DNA of 64,000 nucleotides from Octopus vulgaris (lineage: Eukaryota): NCBI GenBank assembly GCA_951406725.2, contig OX597834.1, positions 38,812,001-38,876,000 on the forward strand, read 5' to 3'. The position numbers and the translations under genes are program-made. Below, one piece after another: positions 1 to 13,048 of the stretch. The notes beneath the pieces are model-generated. The model was not told the origin of the DNA, searched no databases, and worked only from the letters and a program-made list of their open reading frames with translations. The stretch's first letter is position 1. Each line of letters opens with the position of its first letter.

Positions 1-175
1 TGTGGAACAAAGTTGTGGCGAAAGAGTCAGCAGAAGTTCGCCATTACCTTCTGCCGGAGACGCGTGGAGCTTAGATGTTTCGCTCATAAACACACACATC
101 GCCCGGTCTGAGATTCGAACCCGCGGTCCCACGACCGCGAGTCCGCTGGTCTAACCACTAGGCCATGTGCCTCCA
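1..175 (-). mobile_element. SINE family B (tRNA-derived head), partial, runs off window edge
   Basis: Minus strand reads GGAGGCACATGGCCTAGTGGTTAG (A box) ... GGTTCGAATCTC (B box); homologous to 24991-25292, 50570-50950, 62988-63258. Confidence 0.85.
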
Positions 176-177
176 CC

Positions 178-640
178 TACTTTACCTTTGGGATCGATAA
201 AATAAGTACTGACCATCCCTGTCACAGAATTTCAGTCCTGCTGACAGTTGAAAGAATTATTATAAGCTCCACGAAGGCGGCGAGGTGAGAGACTCGTCAG
301 CGCTCTGGACAAAACGATTATCGGCATTTCTTCCGGATTTGCATTCTTTGCCTTCATCCGTTCGGAGTCGACAAAATAAGAAGCAGTTAATTCATGGGGT
401 CGAAGTAACCGACTTACCCCCTCTCCTAAAATTGCTGGCCCTGTTTCCAAAATTTTAAACCAACATTATTCCACAAGGATTAAGGCGGCGACTTGGCAGA
501 ATCGGTAGCACGCCGGACAAAATGATTAGCGGCCTTTCTTCCGGATTTGCGTTATCTGCCTTTCATCCTTTCGGAATCGATAGAATAAAGTACTGGGATC
601 GATATAATAGTCATTTCTTACTAAAATTTCAGGCCTTGTT
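178..640 (+). mobile_element. Tandem degenerate copies of SINE family C (MetaSINE-like)
   Basis: Heads GGCGGCGA at ~276 and ~484, each followed by GCCTT(T)CATCC..TCGG.(G/A)TCGA..AAATAA core; partial copy at 178-250. Confidence 0.8.
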
Positions 641-645
641 TATCA

Positions 646-854
646 TTTATCTTTTACTTGTGTCAGTCATTAGGCTGCGGCCATGCTGAGGCACCGCCTT
701 GAAGAATGAATCGACCCCAGTACCTTTTTTCTAAAACCTGATACTTATTCTATCGATCACTTTATCGAAACGCTAAGTTACGGAGACGAAAACACACTAA
801 CATCGGCTGTTAAGCGAGGGGCAAGCACAAACACAAAGGTAGACATGCATAGAG

Positions 855-896
<42 letters not shown>

Positions 897-1050
897 ATAT
901 ACATATACGATGGGCTTCTTTCAGTTTCCACTCGCATGGCTTTGGCCGGCCTGAGATTACAGTAGAAGACACTTGCCCAAGGTGCCTCGCAGTGGGACTG
1001 AACCCGGAACAAGTGGTTGTCAAGCAAGCTTCTTACCACTCAGCTACGCC
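646..1050 (-). mobile_element. SINE family A, full length, internal (CA)n, CR1-type tail
   Basis: Matches 47015-47478 in reverse: tRNA-like head, CCTTGGGCAAGTGTCTTCTACT, AAACTGAAAGAAGCCC, tail GGCGGTGC.CAGCATGGCCGCAG. Confidence 0.9.
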
Positions 1051-1089
1051 TTTATGTATTGATCGCACTTCGTTTGCTTGGATGGAGAG

Positions 1090-1460
1090 TGTAATTCTTT
1101 GACCAAACTCTCGTTTCACAGTGATACCATGACATGCTGAAAGAGCAATTTTGACCGAACGCTGAACAGCGCCTGGTCTTGGATAAGAATTGATCTTCAT
1201 ACAAGATGGTGCACTGCCAACTAAACAGTCGCAGTTTGCAATTGGTTGAATGGAAAGCTGCCAGAAAGTCGGACGAGTTGTTGATCTGCAGCTATACCAG
1301 ATCTATTGGCCTGTAATTTCTTTTGTTGGCGATTCGTGAAAAATCAAAGATGTACTGACCTCATCTAAAAAGTATATATTATTGCTACTTTTACTGAGGT
1401 CAGAAGCTCAGTTGTGTCAGAACGCTGTGTTCGAGTATCGTAAACACCAAAGAAAGTGAA
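1090..1460 (+). pseudogene. Highly degenerate Tc1/mariner-superfamily transposase fragment (DDE/D catalytic region)
   Basis: Frameshifted remnants YHDMLKEQF, FIQDGA, NWLNGKLP and PDLLACNF resemble the QDGAPxH...SPDLxPxDF motifs. Confidence 0.5.
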
Positions 1461-1532
1461 CGGAATTCAGAGGTGTCTATGGCGAATCCATATTTAGTGC
1501 CTGGCTCAAATTAAAACAAAATTATTCATTAA

Positions 1533-1872
1533 AGCATGGCTCAGTGGTTAGAACATCGGCCTCACAATCATGAGGTAGCGAGTTCGATTCCTGAACCGGG
1601 CTGTGTGTTGTGTTCTTGAGCATGACACTTTATTTCATGTTGCTCCAGTTCACTCAGCTGTAGAAATGTATTGCGACATCATGGGTGCCAAGCTGTATCG
1701 GCCCCTTTGCCTTTCCCTAGGATAACATCGGTGGCATGGAGAAGGGGAAGCTGGTATGCATGGGCGACTGCTGGTCTTCCATAAACAACCTTGCCCGGAC
1801 TTGTGCCTCGGAAGGGGAACTTTCTAGTTGCAATCCCATGGTCATTCATGACCGAAGCGGGTCTTTACCTTT
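1533..1872 (+). mobile_element. SINE family D (CORE-like body), tail variant 1
   Basis: TGGCTCAGTGGTTAG ... GTTCGATTCC head, then TGTGTTCTTGAGCA.GACACTTTATTTCA.GTTGCTCCAGT.CACTCAGCTG shared with 27302, 37955, 52975, 63287. Confidence 0.85.
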
Positions 1873-1933
1873 TGAACCTATTTATTATGAAATATTGTGT
1901 ATTAATTTTAAATAACACCCGGTGGAATAATGT

Positions 1934-2139
1934 TGGTTTCAAATTTTGGCACAAGGCCAGCAATTTCGGGGGAGGGTGGTTGATTACATCCACCCCACTG
2001 CACAACTGGTACTATTTTTTTATTAACTCTGAAAGACGAAATCGTCCACAGCGATATTTGAACTCAGAACTTAAAGACGGACGAGGTGCCGCAAATCATT
2101 TTGTCCGGCGTGCTAACCATTCTGCCAGCACGCCGCCTT
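1934..2139 (-). mobile_element. SINE family C (MetaSINE-like), tail variant 2
   Basis: TTTGAACTCAGAAC.TAAAGACGGACGA and TTCTGCCAGC.CGCCGCCTTA as in other C copies. Confidence 0.85.
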
Positions 2140-2278
2140 AATCTTGGCGCAAAAATATTGGTTTCAAATTTTGGCACGAGGTTCACAACCGGTGTTGGCT
2201 TGTTTACGTTCCCGTAACTTAGCAGTTCGACATAAGCGACTGATAGAATAAGTACAAGGCTTTTAAATGATAAGTACT

Positions 2279-2825
2279 GTGCCGATTTTTAAAGGAAAGA
2301 AAAAGGTCAATAAATACTTGCCATTACATTTTTAATCAACCAAATATGAACCATTTTGTTGCACAATGCGTCTCCATCTTTCCTTTAACTTGAAAATACC
2401 ATCTTCCCAGAATTCAGGTAGTTTCATGGCAAAGAATTCATCAAGGTATCTTTTTACGTCAGCCAAGGAATTGAAATTTTTACCATTAAGACTATTCTGC
2501 AGAGACCTGACGAAGTGGAAATCCGAAGGAGAAATATCTGGTGAATATGGAGGCTGGGGTAACACATCCCGACCGAGCTGCAGCAATTTTTGTCTGGTTC
2601 CCAAAGCATCAAGTGCCGGAAATAAACTTTTTATCTTCCATTTTAAAGGGTTACAGAATTAACACAGGTTATAGGAACATAAACCTTCTTCCACGAAAAG
2701 ATAGCTTAAACTGTGTTCTAAATGGAAGGTGTAGTCAAATCTATTTTATGGACTCAACCATTTTCTAAAATAAGTCGAAAGGTAAGCTACTATAAATCGG
2801 CACGAACTTTCCGGTCAGACCAGTA
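2279..2825 (-). mobile_element. Internally deleted mariner element (TIR, 5'UTR, first ~15 codons fused to C-terminal ~90 codons)
   Basis: ORF 2332-2604 carries PPYSPDISPSDFHF (YSPDL motif) and ERWRRIVQQNGSY; ATGGAAGATAAAAAG start just upstream; TIR AAATCGGCACGAACTTTCCGG at ~2795-2825 matches 18023-18054. Confidence 0.9.
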
Positions 2826-3207
2826 GATAGAAGACTATAGTCCAAAGGGTGTAACTGCAGCTTTGTCATCAGTTGTAGATGGTTTTTTTTTTGTCGCTAA
2901 TCTTTAAGATTATGTCAACATCTGCTGAGCAAGTGATTTCAGCTACGAGATGCATAGCTTCTTTTCTCTGTGCTATATCATTATGTCTGATTCCTTCGCT
3001 CGCATTTTATTGAAGTCTTCACAGGAGCATTCCATCACCATTCCATCGCATTATGAATGATTACGCCCCTCTACATCGCTGTCGATTCTTATAATTGCCT
3101 CAACGTGGTTGGTTCTCCCTTTTCGCGGATTTTGTTTGTACGAATATCGCTCTTGCCGCGTTATCACACGTTTCAAAGGCAGATAACATCCGTAATGATA
3201 TTTTCTA

Positions 3208-3266
<59 letters not shown>

Positions 3267-3267
3267 G

Positions 3268-3303
<36 letters not shown>

Positions 3304-3493
3304 GCTACTACTACAACCACTGCAACTGCTGCTGCTACTACTACTACTACTACTACTACTACTGCTGCTGCTGCTACTGCTGCTGCTATAACTGCTGCTG
3401 CTACTACTACTACTCCTGCTACTACTACTGCTGCTACTACTACTACTGCTACTGCTGCTGCTACTACTACTACTACTACTACTACTACTGTTG

Positions 3494-3549
<56 letters not shown>

Positions 3550-3550
3550 G
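3208..3550. repeat. Compound (TAC/TGC/GAC)n microsatellite
   Basis: Direct reading. Confidence 0.97.
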
Positions 3551-3689
3551 ATGTGGCTGACATCTCCTGAGATAATTCCACAGAATCTGCTTCGGTCGTT
3601 ACATCTAGATCACTGGCTTTCAACCGAGGTCCACGTGACCTTTGGGGATCTCCATATAAGATTTTTTTGTTAAAATTTATGGACAATAA

Positions 3690-4090
3690 GTTGCTTATAT
3701 TTCGTTTTTGTATTTGGCTTGCAAGATTCTTTATGTGAATACGTGCGTTGAAGCATATTTTATTTTGTGTCTGGGGAGAGTCATTCTCTTTTTAGTGCCT
3801 TATTAATTTAACACACTCACCCGATTTCCTCTCATTTGCTTATTTATTTTTACTAAAATTTTCGTTGCAACCTTTTCAATAATCGTTGATTCTGTCCGTT
3901 AAAAAAAAAAGGGAAAAATAAAGAAAAACAAAGAAAGCAATTCCGATAACGGTCAGGATCGACGACTATCGAAAAGGTTGCAAAATGCAACGAAAATTTT
4001 AGTAAAAATAAATAAATAAATGAGTAGAAATCGAACCTGTCAGTGTGTTAAATAATAAGGCACTAAAAGAGAATGATTCTCCTTAGAACC
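3690..4090. mobile_element. Penelope-like remnant with ~130-bp inverted arms (3770-3900 / 3947-4085)
   Basis: TTTTAGTGCCTTATT...TACTAAAATTTTCGTTGCA mirrored by TGCAACGAAAATTTTAGTA...AATAAGGCACTAAAA; hammerhead-like fold at 3965-4003. Confidence 0.55.
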
Positions 4091-4274
4091 CCACCCAAAA
4101 AAACTTTTGCTTATAATTCTACAATACGTAAAATATTTTAATTTCTTATACAAATTCTAATAACATTTAATTATAAAAATACAAAAGGATTTTCTTTTTA
4201 AACACCGAATGGTTACAGGGATCCAGTTGAATAAACTAATAATCAAAGGGGACCATAAATCTTTAAATCCTCAA

Positions 4275-4318
4275 AAATGTTTCAGCCCGAAGGCTGCGGC
4301 CATGCTGGGGCACCACCG
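4275..4318 (-). mobile_element. Tail-only CR1/SINE-A-type 3' end
   Basis: GGTGGTGCCCCAGCATGGCCGCAGCCTTCGGGCTGAAAC on minus strand. Confidence 0.7.
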
Positions 4319-4569
4319 TTGTATAGGCAAATTTCTAAAAAATGGTTGAAAAACTTTGATCTGTTGCGCTTTGTGCATTTGGTATTTCGTGGTTATTTCC
4401 TGTTGCTGTATTGCAAATGCATTTCCTTCAAAGTGAGAGCTAGTATCTCTGTTTCTAGTCCAACTTACGTTATTTGAGTCATCAGTGTTGCTCCCCTTTT
4501 CAAGGTTTCTGGATATAGAGACATTCGCCATATTTTGCAGCTTTTCTTCTCATGACCTCCTGCGGTAGA

Positions 4570-4586
4570 ATCACATATATACATAT

Positions 4587-4667
<81 letters not shown>

Positions 4668-4916
4668 TGTGTGTGTGATTTTATATATAGATATATATAT
4701 ACATGCGATTATGTATATATATGTGTGCATATATACACATACAAGCACACACATATATGTATGTATATATATATATATATATGTGTGTGTATGTATGTAT
4801 GTATGTATGTATGTATGCATGTATCAATATGTATATACTGTATGCGTACGCATGTATATATGCACATATATACATCTATACATGCATGTATCTTCCTATT
4901 TGTCATATATATATAT

Positions 4917-4954
<38 letters not shown>

Positions 4955-5566
4955 GCACACACACACAAACACTATTGCATTTAGACATAGATATATGTGT
5001 ACATGTATATATATATATGTGTATGTATGTGTGTATGTATGTATGTATGTATGTATGTGTGACTTCCTCTCTCTACCTACCCAGCCAATATCCTACTACA
5101 CTACAAGCGGGTGGGTGCCAACATACTGCCACCCCTCTTCATACCCCGGCCACCCTTATCCTCGCTCCCCCATACCCCAACACCACCGCCACCCCAACAC
5201 CACCCTCCCACCCCTCACCGCCACCCTTATCCATTGATTTCGTTCCTTTCAGCAGTAAGCACAAGCAACCACAATGAAACAGTTTCATGCAACTGTGCAT
5301 GTCTGCATCTGGGTTGCAGTGTTTTTGTCTGCTAAATGTATTTGTTGTTGTTGTTGTTGTTGTTGCTGTTGTTGCAGTTGTTGTTGTTGTTGTTATATTA
5401 TTATTATGTTCAAATGCAACACATGCATTCTTGCTGCATCAAGGAACTGATCGAACAGGCTGCATTCATATTAGTTAGCTACCCTCAACACTATCGATTA
5501 TCGCTGGCATGCATTCGCGGGAGCGCGCACGCGTTCACACGATCAAACACGCACACACACACATAC

Positions 5567-5602
<36 letters not shown>

Positions 5603-5778
5603 GCACGTTCGCACGCACGCATGCACAATCACAAGCGCGTTACGTTAGCATGCGCCAAAATGTTGCCGCGCAAACGCACACATACCCGCATGTACATGCG
5701 CGTACACGGGCGGGTACGTGCACGAACACACCCTACAAAAATAAGGCATGTGAATACACATACTTAGAAACACGCACA

Positions 5779-5836
<58 letters not shown>

Positions 5837-5997
5837 CACACACACCATTCGCGCGTTCACGTACATTGCAAACGCGCACGATAGCATGCGACAAAACGTT
5901 GCTGCACACTCATACACCCGCATACACGTGGGTACACATTTGCGGGTATGCGCTGGTACATCACCTACAAACACACATACATATATATGAACATGCA

Positions 5998-6035
<38 letters not shown>

Positions 6036-6467
6036 TACACACACATCACACATTGTCATGCACCTGCACACACATAAACACACATACAGACACAATTACA
6101 TAACATACACATAACACACACATAACAAACACACACACACACACAATTACATAACATTCACATAACACACACATAACACACACACACACACACACAATTA
6201 TGCACATGAGCAAAAACGCACGTCTCTACACACACACATACTGTCATACAAACACGCACACACAGTAACATATAACACTCAGACATACACAATCACACAT
6301 TCATATATAACCGTTTGTACACACACACTCACACACGCACACACTCACGTACACAATTGTCATACACGTGCACACAAGCGCGCATCACTACACATACATA
6401 CATAGTCATACACGCACACACTAACGTCTAACACTCAGACATACACAATCACACATTCATACATTGC

Positions 6468-6511
<44 letters not shown>

Positions 6512-7529
6512 TTAATAAACACAAACACACAAGTGTATAGAGGCAGCCATGTAGGTGACACACTTTCTCTGCGGTCGTTCACCGAACATGCATGCTTGCA
6601 GTCACACACACACACACACACAAACGCAAACGCACACACACAAACGTGCATACACATATACATACATACACATCTAGAGGCGCAGGCAATTAGACCTTCG
6701 TACACACACGTTGCGCGCGTGCACTCGCACACGTACACACACACACGTACACATGCACACGCGCACGTACGCCAGAACGCAATTTGCATACATGCAGATC
6801 GCTCTTACATAATTCGTACTCACATGCAAGTGCATGCATGCAATCATTGCAACACATGCAGACTTTCTCAGTAAAATGCACACACACACACACACAGACA
6901 TACACACACACAACCATGCATGCTAAAGTGAGTACATGAGTACTCATACACACACACATTCACACATACACGCGTATTAAATATTGACGTGCATAGTCGC
7001 ATGCGCGCGTGTTTATAACAGCGTGCGCACGGACGCACGCACACATACACTCGTGCGCGTTCACAAACACATGCATGCGAAAGTGAGTACGAGAGTACAT
7101 ACAAACATGCACAGATATCTATACATACATACATACATAAACGCGCGCGCACACACGAGAACACACGAGCAGAAACTCACGCATACTGACAGGGATACAC
7201 GCACACACACACACAAGCATGCATAATAAAGCGCGTGCGCACACAAGCACAGAGAAGTTTGAGCGTACGTATAGGTGGATACAGACACACACACACACAC
7301 ACACGCTCCCACATACTTATAAAATCGAATGTGCTCTTACGTAAGCATACGTAGACATAAGCACACACACACACACGCACACGCACACACCAACACGCAC
7401 ACACACATTGATATATATATGTATATATACACATTGTATATAGATACGCACATGTATACATACATAAATACATACACACACATACACACATACACATGCA
7501 CAAACACACACCAACACGCACACACATTG

Positions 7530-7563
<34 letters not shown>

Positions 7564-7690
7564 TGTATATAGACACGAACATGTATACATACATACATAC
7601 ATACATACATACATACATAAATACATACACATACACACATACACATACACATACATGCACACACATACGTACACACACACACAAACGATA
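4570..7690. repeat. Mosaic of (TA)n, (TATG)n, (GATA)n, (GTT)n and degenerate (CA/CGCA)n tracts
   Basis: Direct reading; long alternating purine-pyrimidine region 5500-7690. Confidence 0.95.
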
Positions 7691-8152
7691 TCTCGGCATG
7701 TTCTCAGCGGAACCTACTCTCCCTACTCCTCTCATCAATTTCTGTTTTATCACTCGCCCTCCTTTACCACTCGTCCTCTTACTCATTCTCTCTCCCTCGC
7801 TCTCCCTTTTTCTCCGTCTCTTTCTCTCCCTCTCTCTCTCTGTTTCTCTTCCTCTTTCTCTCTCTCTCTATACTCAGCCTCTCACTTCTCCTTGCGTCAA
7901 CCTCCTACTTCTATGCATGTTGATTGATTTTTAACATGCTAACATGCACAGTTATATATATTATTAATATATGCGTGCGTGTGTATATATAGAATATAAA
8001 TAATATATATATATAAATTTAAATATATATATATGTATATACATTATATATATTTATACATATATATATTATCATTATTATTATTATTAATGCATATATA
8101 GAGAGAGAGAGAGAGGGAGAGAGATACATACATGCATGCATATATATATTTC

Positions 8153-8497
8153 GGTGTGGCTGTGGGGTAGGGAGTTTGCCTTTTAGCCACATAGTTCTGG
8201 GTTCAGTCCCATTGCGTGGCACCTTGGGCAATTGTCTTCTACTCTAGCCTCGGGCCAACCAAAGCTTTGCGAGTGGATTTTGGTAGACGGAAACTGAAAG
8301 AAGCCCGAAGTATCTATGCATGTATGTTTGTTTGTGTATGTGTGTGCGTGTGTTTACGTCCCCTCAGCAAAAGAGATCGATTGAGTACCAGGCTTTAAAA
8401 ATATAAGTACTAGAGTCGATTTGCTCAACTAAACTCCTCGAGGCGGTGACCCAGCATGGCCGCAGTCGAATGACTGAAACAAGTGAAAGATAAAAGA
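8153..8497 (+). mobile_element. SINE family A (internally shortened)
   Basis: Head, GGTAGACGGAAACTGAAAGAAGCCC and tail CCAGCATGGCCGCAGTCGAATGACTGAAACAAGT. Confidence 0.9.
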
Positions 8498-8498
8498 T

Positions 8499-8595
<97 letters not shown>

Positions 8596-8934
8596 CGTGT
8601 TTACACTCATTCTTTTTGTACATCTTAGTTTTGTTTGGCCGGAGTTAATGATCTAGCTCTGCTGTTACACTGATGATACCTTTCGAACAAGAAACTCTTG
8701 TCCACAGCTGTCCTCTTGTCACAAGAAGGAATACGATGTTTTAGCTTTCTTAAATGCATGTCAATTCAACAGAGAATATTTGATTTGGGACATTATCTCC
8801 CCTTCTCATTCAGGTTTGGTTGCAGTTGCTTCTAGCCATTTGTCCACGTTTTTCTCCAAAGATAGTTTTAATAAATCTAGAATTTCCCTTTATTCGTCTG
8901 AGTGTGTGTGTTTATTTACATATGCATATATACA

Positions 8935-9128
8935 CATCACAGTATCAGAAGTTATACACCGCTGGTGACAATGCGCTTCCAATTATGTATTTTATGCGCT
9001 ATTCTTTTCCACCTTGACCCAAATAGCTTAAGTAAATCTCCCCATCGTCGCGGAGGCCTCCCAAGCGGCCTTTTCCGATTTCTTGGCTACCACTCGGCAA
9101 CTGCACGGGTTCACCCGTTGTCTGTGAA
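8935..9128 (-). pseudogene. RTE-clade LINE 3' end (ORF2 C-terminus plus tail)
   Basis: Translates FTDNG*TRAVAEW*PRNRKRPLGRPPRRWGDLLKLFGSRWKRIAHKIHNWKRIVTSGV*, with the typical RTE KRPxGRPxxRW motif. Confidence 0.85.
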
Positions 9129-9143
9129 TATATATATATATAT

Positions 9144-9467
9144 ATATTGTTATATTTCGGAATGGTCATATTGCCAGTTTAGCCAATAAAAACACACGCA
9201 CTATATATTTGGTGTTATTTTGCTTCAGTGTTATTTATTTTTTACAGTAATCTTAATCTTATTTCGGCCAGAGTTCTTTCGTCACACTCCTGTGACCGCA
9301 TCAGTGGTCCTTTGTTTTTCTTCTTTCTTAAGTAAATAACACCAAATATATAGTGCGTGTGTTTTTATTGGCTAAACTGGCAATATGACCATTCCGAAAT
9401 ATAACAATATCTGTTTCAACACACGACTTCACATAAAAAATCTTGCACAACAAATATTTAAACGTAC
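9144..9467. mobile_element. Penelope-like remnant with ~77-bp perfect inverted repeat (9144-9220 / 9334-9410), flanked by (TA)n
   Basis: TTATATTTCGGAATGGTCATATTGCC...GGTGTTATTT and its reverse complement; hammerhead-like motif in the spacer. Confidence 0.7.
9268..9307 (-). ncRNA. Minimal type-I hammerhead-like motif (A9>C variant)
   Basis: cca CTGATGC g gtcaca-ggag-tgtgac GAAA gaac TC tgg: stems I and II pair. Confidence 0.55.
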
Positions 9468-9490
9468 TATATATATATATATATATATAT

Positions 9491-9538
<48 letters not shown>

Positions 9539-10444
9539 AATGGCTAGTACTTGACGGGTATTATCGAACCTGAAGGGATGAAAGACAAAACTGACCACAG
9601 TGGTAATTGAGGCCCGAAATGACCACCGCACGACAGTCCATCCGACACTCTAACGGCTCAACCACTTCACCACATTAAAAGCAGAAACTAAAAAGACGTG
9701 GCGTCCCCTAGCGGACAGCTGATTATAATCAATGGTACATCTTTTTTAAATGCACAGTAGGAACAGCATGTTGGACATCTGACGAAATATCCTGAAATAC
9801 TTTGCTACGTATTCATCATATTCTGAGTTCAAATCGTACCAAACCCGACTTTGTATTTTTCCCTGCCGATCCAGTATCGATAAGTATCAATCAAACGGAT
9901 AAACTTTCTGCACATATTCCCTCCCTATGATTCCTCTTTATATTCTTCCCTATGCATTTATGACTTTTGTGTCAATGTAAAAAGATAATTTAGGATGCAT
10001 TTAATTTCTTTCTCTCTGAGCTTTTTTGTTTTAAAGCTTAAATGACATTTTATGACATTTCGCAAACAACACCAAGAGAAAAACTATAATCAGAGTCAAC
10101 AAATAACGATAAAATGTCTTGGGGTTTAATTTAGACTTGGAAATCAAGAAGAAAACATTTTTTTATTCTGTTTTTGCTTTTCATGTTCTTTCAAACGTTC
10201 AGCTGGAAAGGTAAAAAAAAAATCCTTTCATTTTTCAGGACTTGGTTCGTAGAAATGAATGATCTGCACAAAACCTTTGCGTGTGTTCCTTTGTTACACA
10301 TATCCTCGTTCACGTATGTCCAATGTTGTCTGTACACCCCATGTATAAAGATATGGTTTATAGATAACCATATCAGTGACGATAAAAAATACAAACACTC
10401 GAAGTTTTTCTGAACTTCCGTGACTATGATGTTTTTATTGTGTA

Positions 10445-10852
10445 CTAACAGCTAAGCTCGGTTTCACCCGGTCTGTTTGGATGATGTGGCTGTGATCATT
10501 TTCAGTTAGGCATAATCTATAACAGCGTTTATCAACCTTATCATTTCGGGTCCCCTGTTTCGATTGGAGCCTCCAGCTATATGAAAATTTCCTGATCCCC
10601 ACCTCGTCAGAAAACAGCTTCTAAGCAACTGGTTGTTTTAATGGCAGAAGAAAGAGGGAAATTCCATTAGAAAAGTTTTAAGGGATTTTCTCGCTAAGTC
10701 TGGGGGTTAGGAAAAACTACAAACCGCATTCCAATCTATGCACCCGTCTCCACATGTGTGCCATTTTCACGCGAATCCACCCAGTCGTTTGGCTGTGAAC
10801 CTCAAGACAAGAAAGAATACAACGATCGCCCATGTCCAATTTATATTATAGA
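10445..10852 (-). mobile_element. Non-autonomous Helitron
   Basis: Minus strand begins A|TCTATAATATAAA, ends with sub-terminal hairpin CCGGGTGAAACCGAG and TTAG|T (CTAG variant); no TSD. Confidence 0.7.
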
Positions 10853-11461
10853 TGAAGTTAATAATTCTCTGCCATTTTATATAAATGATTTTTGTCTCAC
10901 TACTTGCAGTAACAAATGATATGACATTTCTTATGTTTTTTCATGATGGTTGTTATGATGTCTGCTACAAGGAGATCGCCCAGAAGATGGTAAGGGAATT
11001 AGAATTACATACGATGAGAAACCTAAAGAATTTTTGGGGGGTTTTTTTGGTTTTGCAGGAAACGGACAAGGTTTAAAGGATGGCCATTGTAGGAATTCCT
11101 TTTTTTAAATCTTTAACTACTTCAGATACACTGGTTTCTAAGGGTCCTTAAAGGTTCTTGGGGACACAACCTCATCCTGAAAATTAGCTCTACTTTACCA
11201 GGAACTAAACATCCTCAGTCTTTCCCCCTGCCCTAGCTCCACATTAATTTCTGCTCCCAGTCCTTTCACCTCATGACATTCTGGAACCCCACCCTCCCGT
11301 TTACCTTTTGCCTGCAAGTGTTAACTTACTGGCATTTAAACGAAACATTAGTGACATAGTCTATGTCTCACTCTTCAACGTTTGCTTCCACTGCTTTTTG
11401 TTAATATGGCAGAGAGTGATCTAATTAAGATTTGGCTGAAGTTTCTAGAACGAAACGCACA

Positions 11462-11600
<139 letters not shown>

Positions 11601-11864
11601 GTACGTTCTTGCTTATATAAGAAACAATAATGTGCTAAGAGAAATGGACGAGTATGACATGAATAAAGGTATATTAAACACCATATAAGATAGATTTTTG
11701 ATTTATTGAAAACATCTCCGCTTCCAGCAAAGGTAGAACAATCGCTTTGGGGCAATTAGGATCAACTCTAAATAAGAAGGGAAGATAATCTTTAAAATAT
11801 TCTCTAACACTGACATGCCACTGACGAAATGATAGTTTGCTTATCTAGAGACAAGACAACAGCT

Positions 11865-11903
11865 ATGGACATGTGTTTCTGCTTCTATAAACGTCATCAG
11901 CAC
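11865..11903 (-). ncRNA. Degenerate type-I hammerhead-like motif
   Basis: gtg CTGATGA cgtttatagaagca GAAA cacatg TC cat; canonical core, stem II poorly paired. Confidence 0.45.
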
Positions 11904-12140
11904 CAATATATATATATATATATGTGCGTGTGTGTGTTGGGATTCAACATAGTTTCTACTTACCAAATTTCATCCGCATTGTATTGACCGACCCAAGGCT
12001 ATGATAGACGATACTTACCCAAAACGTCGCGCAGTGGAAACAGGACCTGGAGCTTCGTGGTTGCGAAGAGCAAACTTCTGAATCATACGGTTATACGAAA
12101 GAGCACCGATCCCGTAGATTATGTTATGAAGATGAAATCG

Positions 12141-12301
12141 TTAAAGAACTTTATACTGGATTCTGGAATCGTTTAGTTTTCTAGGAGAGCTGACGGGCAA
12201 ATCTATTTGGCACCATGTGGAGATGGCAAAGTCGCATTCTGCTGCTGTTGTTGTTGTTGTTGTTGATATTGTTGCTGGTGTTGTTGTTATTGTTGCCTTC
12301 G

Positions 12302-12335
<34 letters not shown>

Positions 12336-12387
12336 CGTTGTTGCTATTGCTGTTGGTGCTTGGCAGAATTTAGCAGAATCTGCCAGA
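12141..12387 (-). CDS. Candidate terminal exon (Thr-rich) of hypothetical 148-aa protein
   Basis: Acceptor TTGTTTGTTCTGCTGTAG|T; the only frame open across the whole segment is phase 2 (LADSAKFCQAP...QYKVL*), compatible with the donor at 14705. Confidence 0.25.
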
Positions 12388-12477
12388 CTACAGCAGAACA
12401 AACAATATTTGTCCCGCATAAGAAGTAAGCAAATTATTAATCATACCACATATTGATTAGCAGTAAATAATAGAGTG

Positions 12478-12680
12478 CATGTGTGTGTGTGTGTGTTTGC
12501 GCTTGTGTGTGTGTGTGTGTGTACGTGTGTGTATGTGTCGGTGCATGTGTGTGTGTGTGTGTGTGTTTGCGCTTGTGTGTGTGTGTGTGTACGTGTGTGT
12601 ATGTGTCGGTGCGTGTGTGTGTGTGTGTGTGTGTGTGTTTGCGCTTGTGTGTGTGTGTGTGTTCGTGTGTGTATGTGTCG

Positions 12681-12726
<46 letters not shown>
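12478..12726. repeat. Three ~70-bp compound GT units
   Basis: TTTGCGCTT...GTATGTGTCGGTGC recurs at ~12496, 12566, 12638. Confidence 0.9.
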
Positions 12727-12728
<2 letters not shown>

Positions 12729-13048
12729 ATGGCGAAGATGTCTACATGTGTGCGAACCACCACCAAGCACTGCTATGAACAGATCACCGAACTACAGCGA
12801 ACGGAAAAGTATGCTCCGATTGCTTACACCCCTGAAACCCCACGGGGTACCATCTTAGTAGACGAATATGCTTAACAATTAACGTCCAGGAAACTAAGGT
12901 TCTTTGTCAATGTATCCTTTTACACAGTACCCTTTTTACCTCCACATCTTCTCAATATGCTACCCAGCCACCCTCCAAGTTCAGTTTTCAATGACTGCTC
13001 ACTGAACAAGCAGGCACGCCGCTATAACCTTTAGACAGTTCAGAAAAA

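Noticed and set aside
3051-3686. 211-aa poly-Val ORF
   Set aside because: Spans a (GTA)n tract and starts in repeat-derived sequence; flanks show no recognisable domain
4440-4490. Minus-strand CTGATGA...GAAAC motif (similar weak cases near 11125-11180, 24578-24662, 52800)
   Set aside because: Possibly decayed PLE hammerheads, but stems or cleavage site cannot be reconstructed
8661-8710. CTGATGA...GAAA...TC as hammerhead
   Set aside because: Stem II does not pair and stem I is offset; the opposite strand weakly resembles a decayed CR1 end
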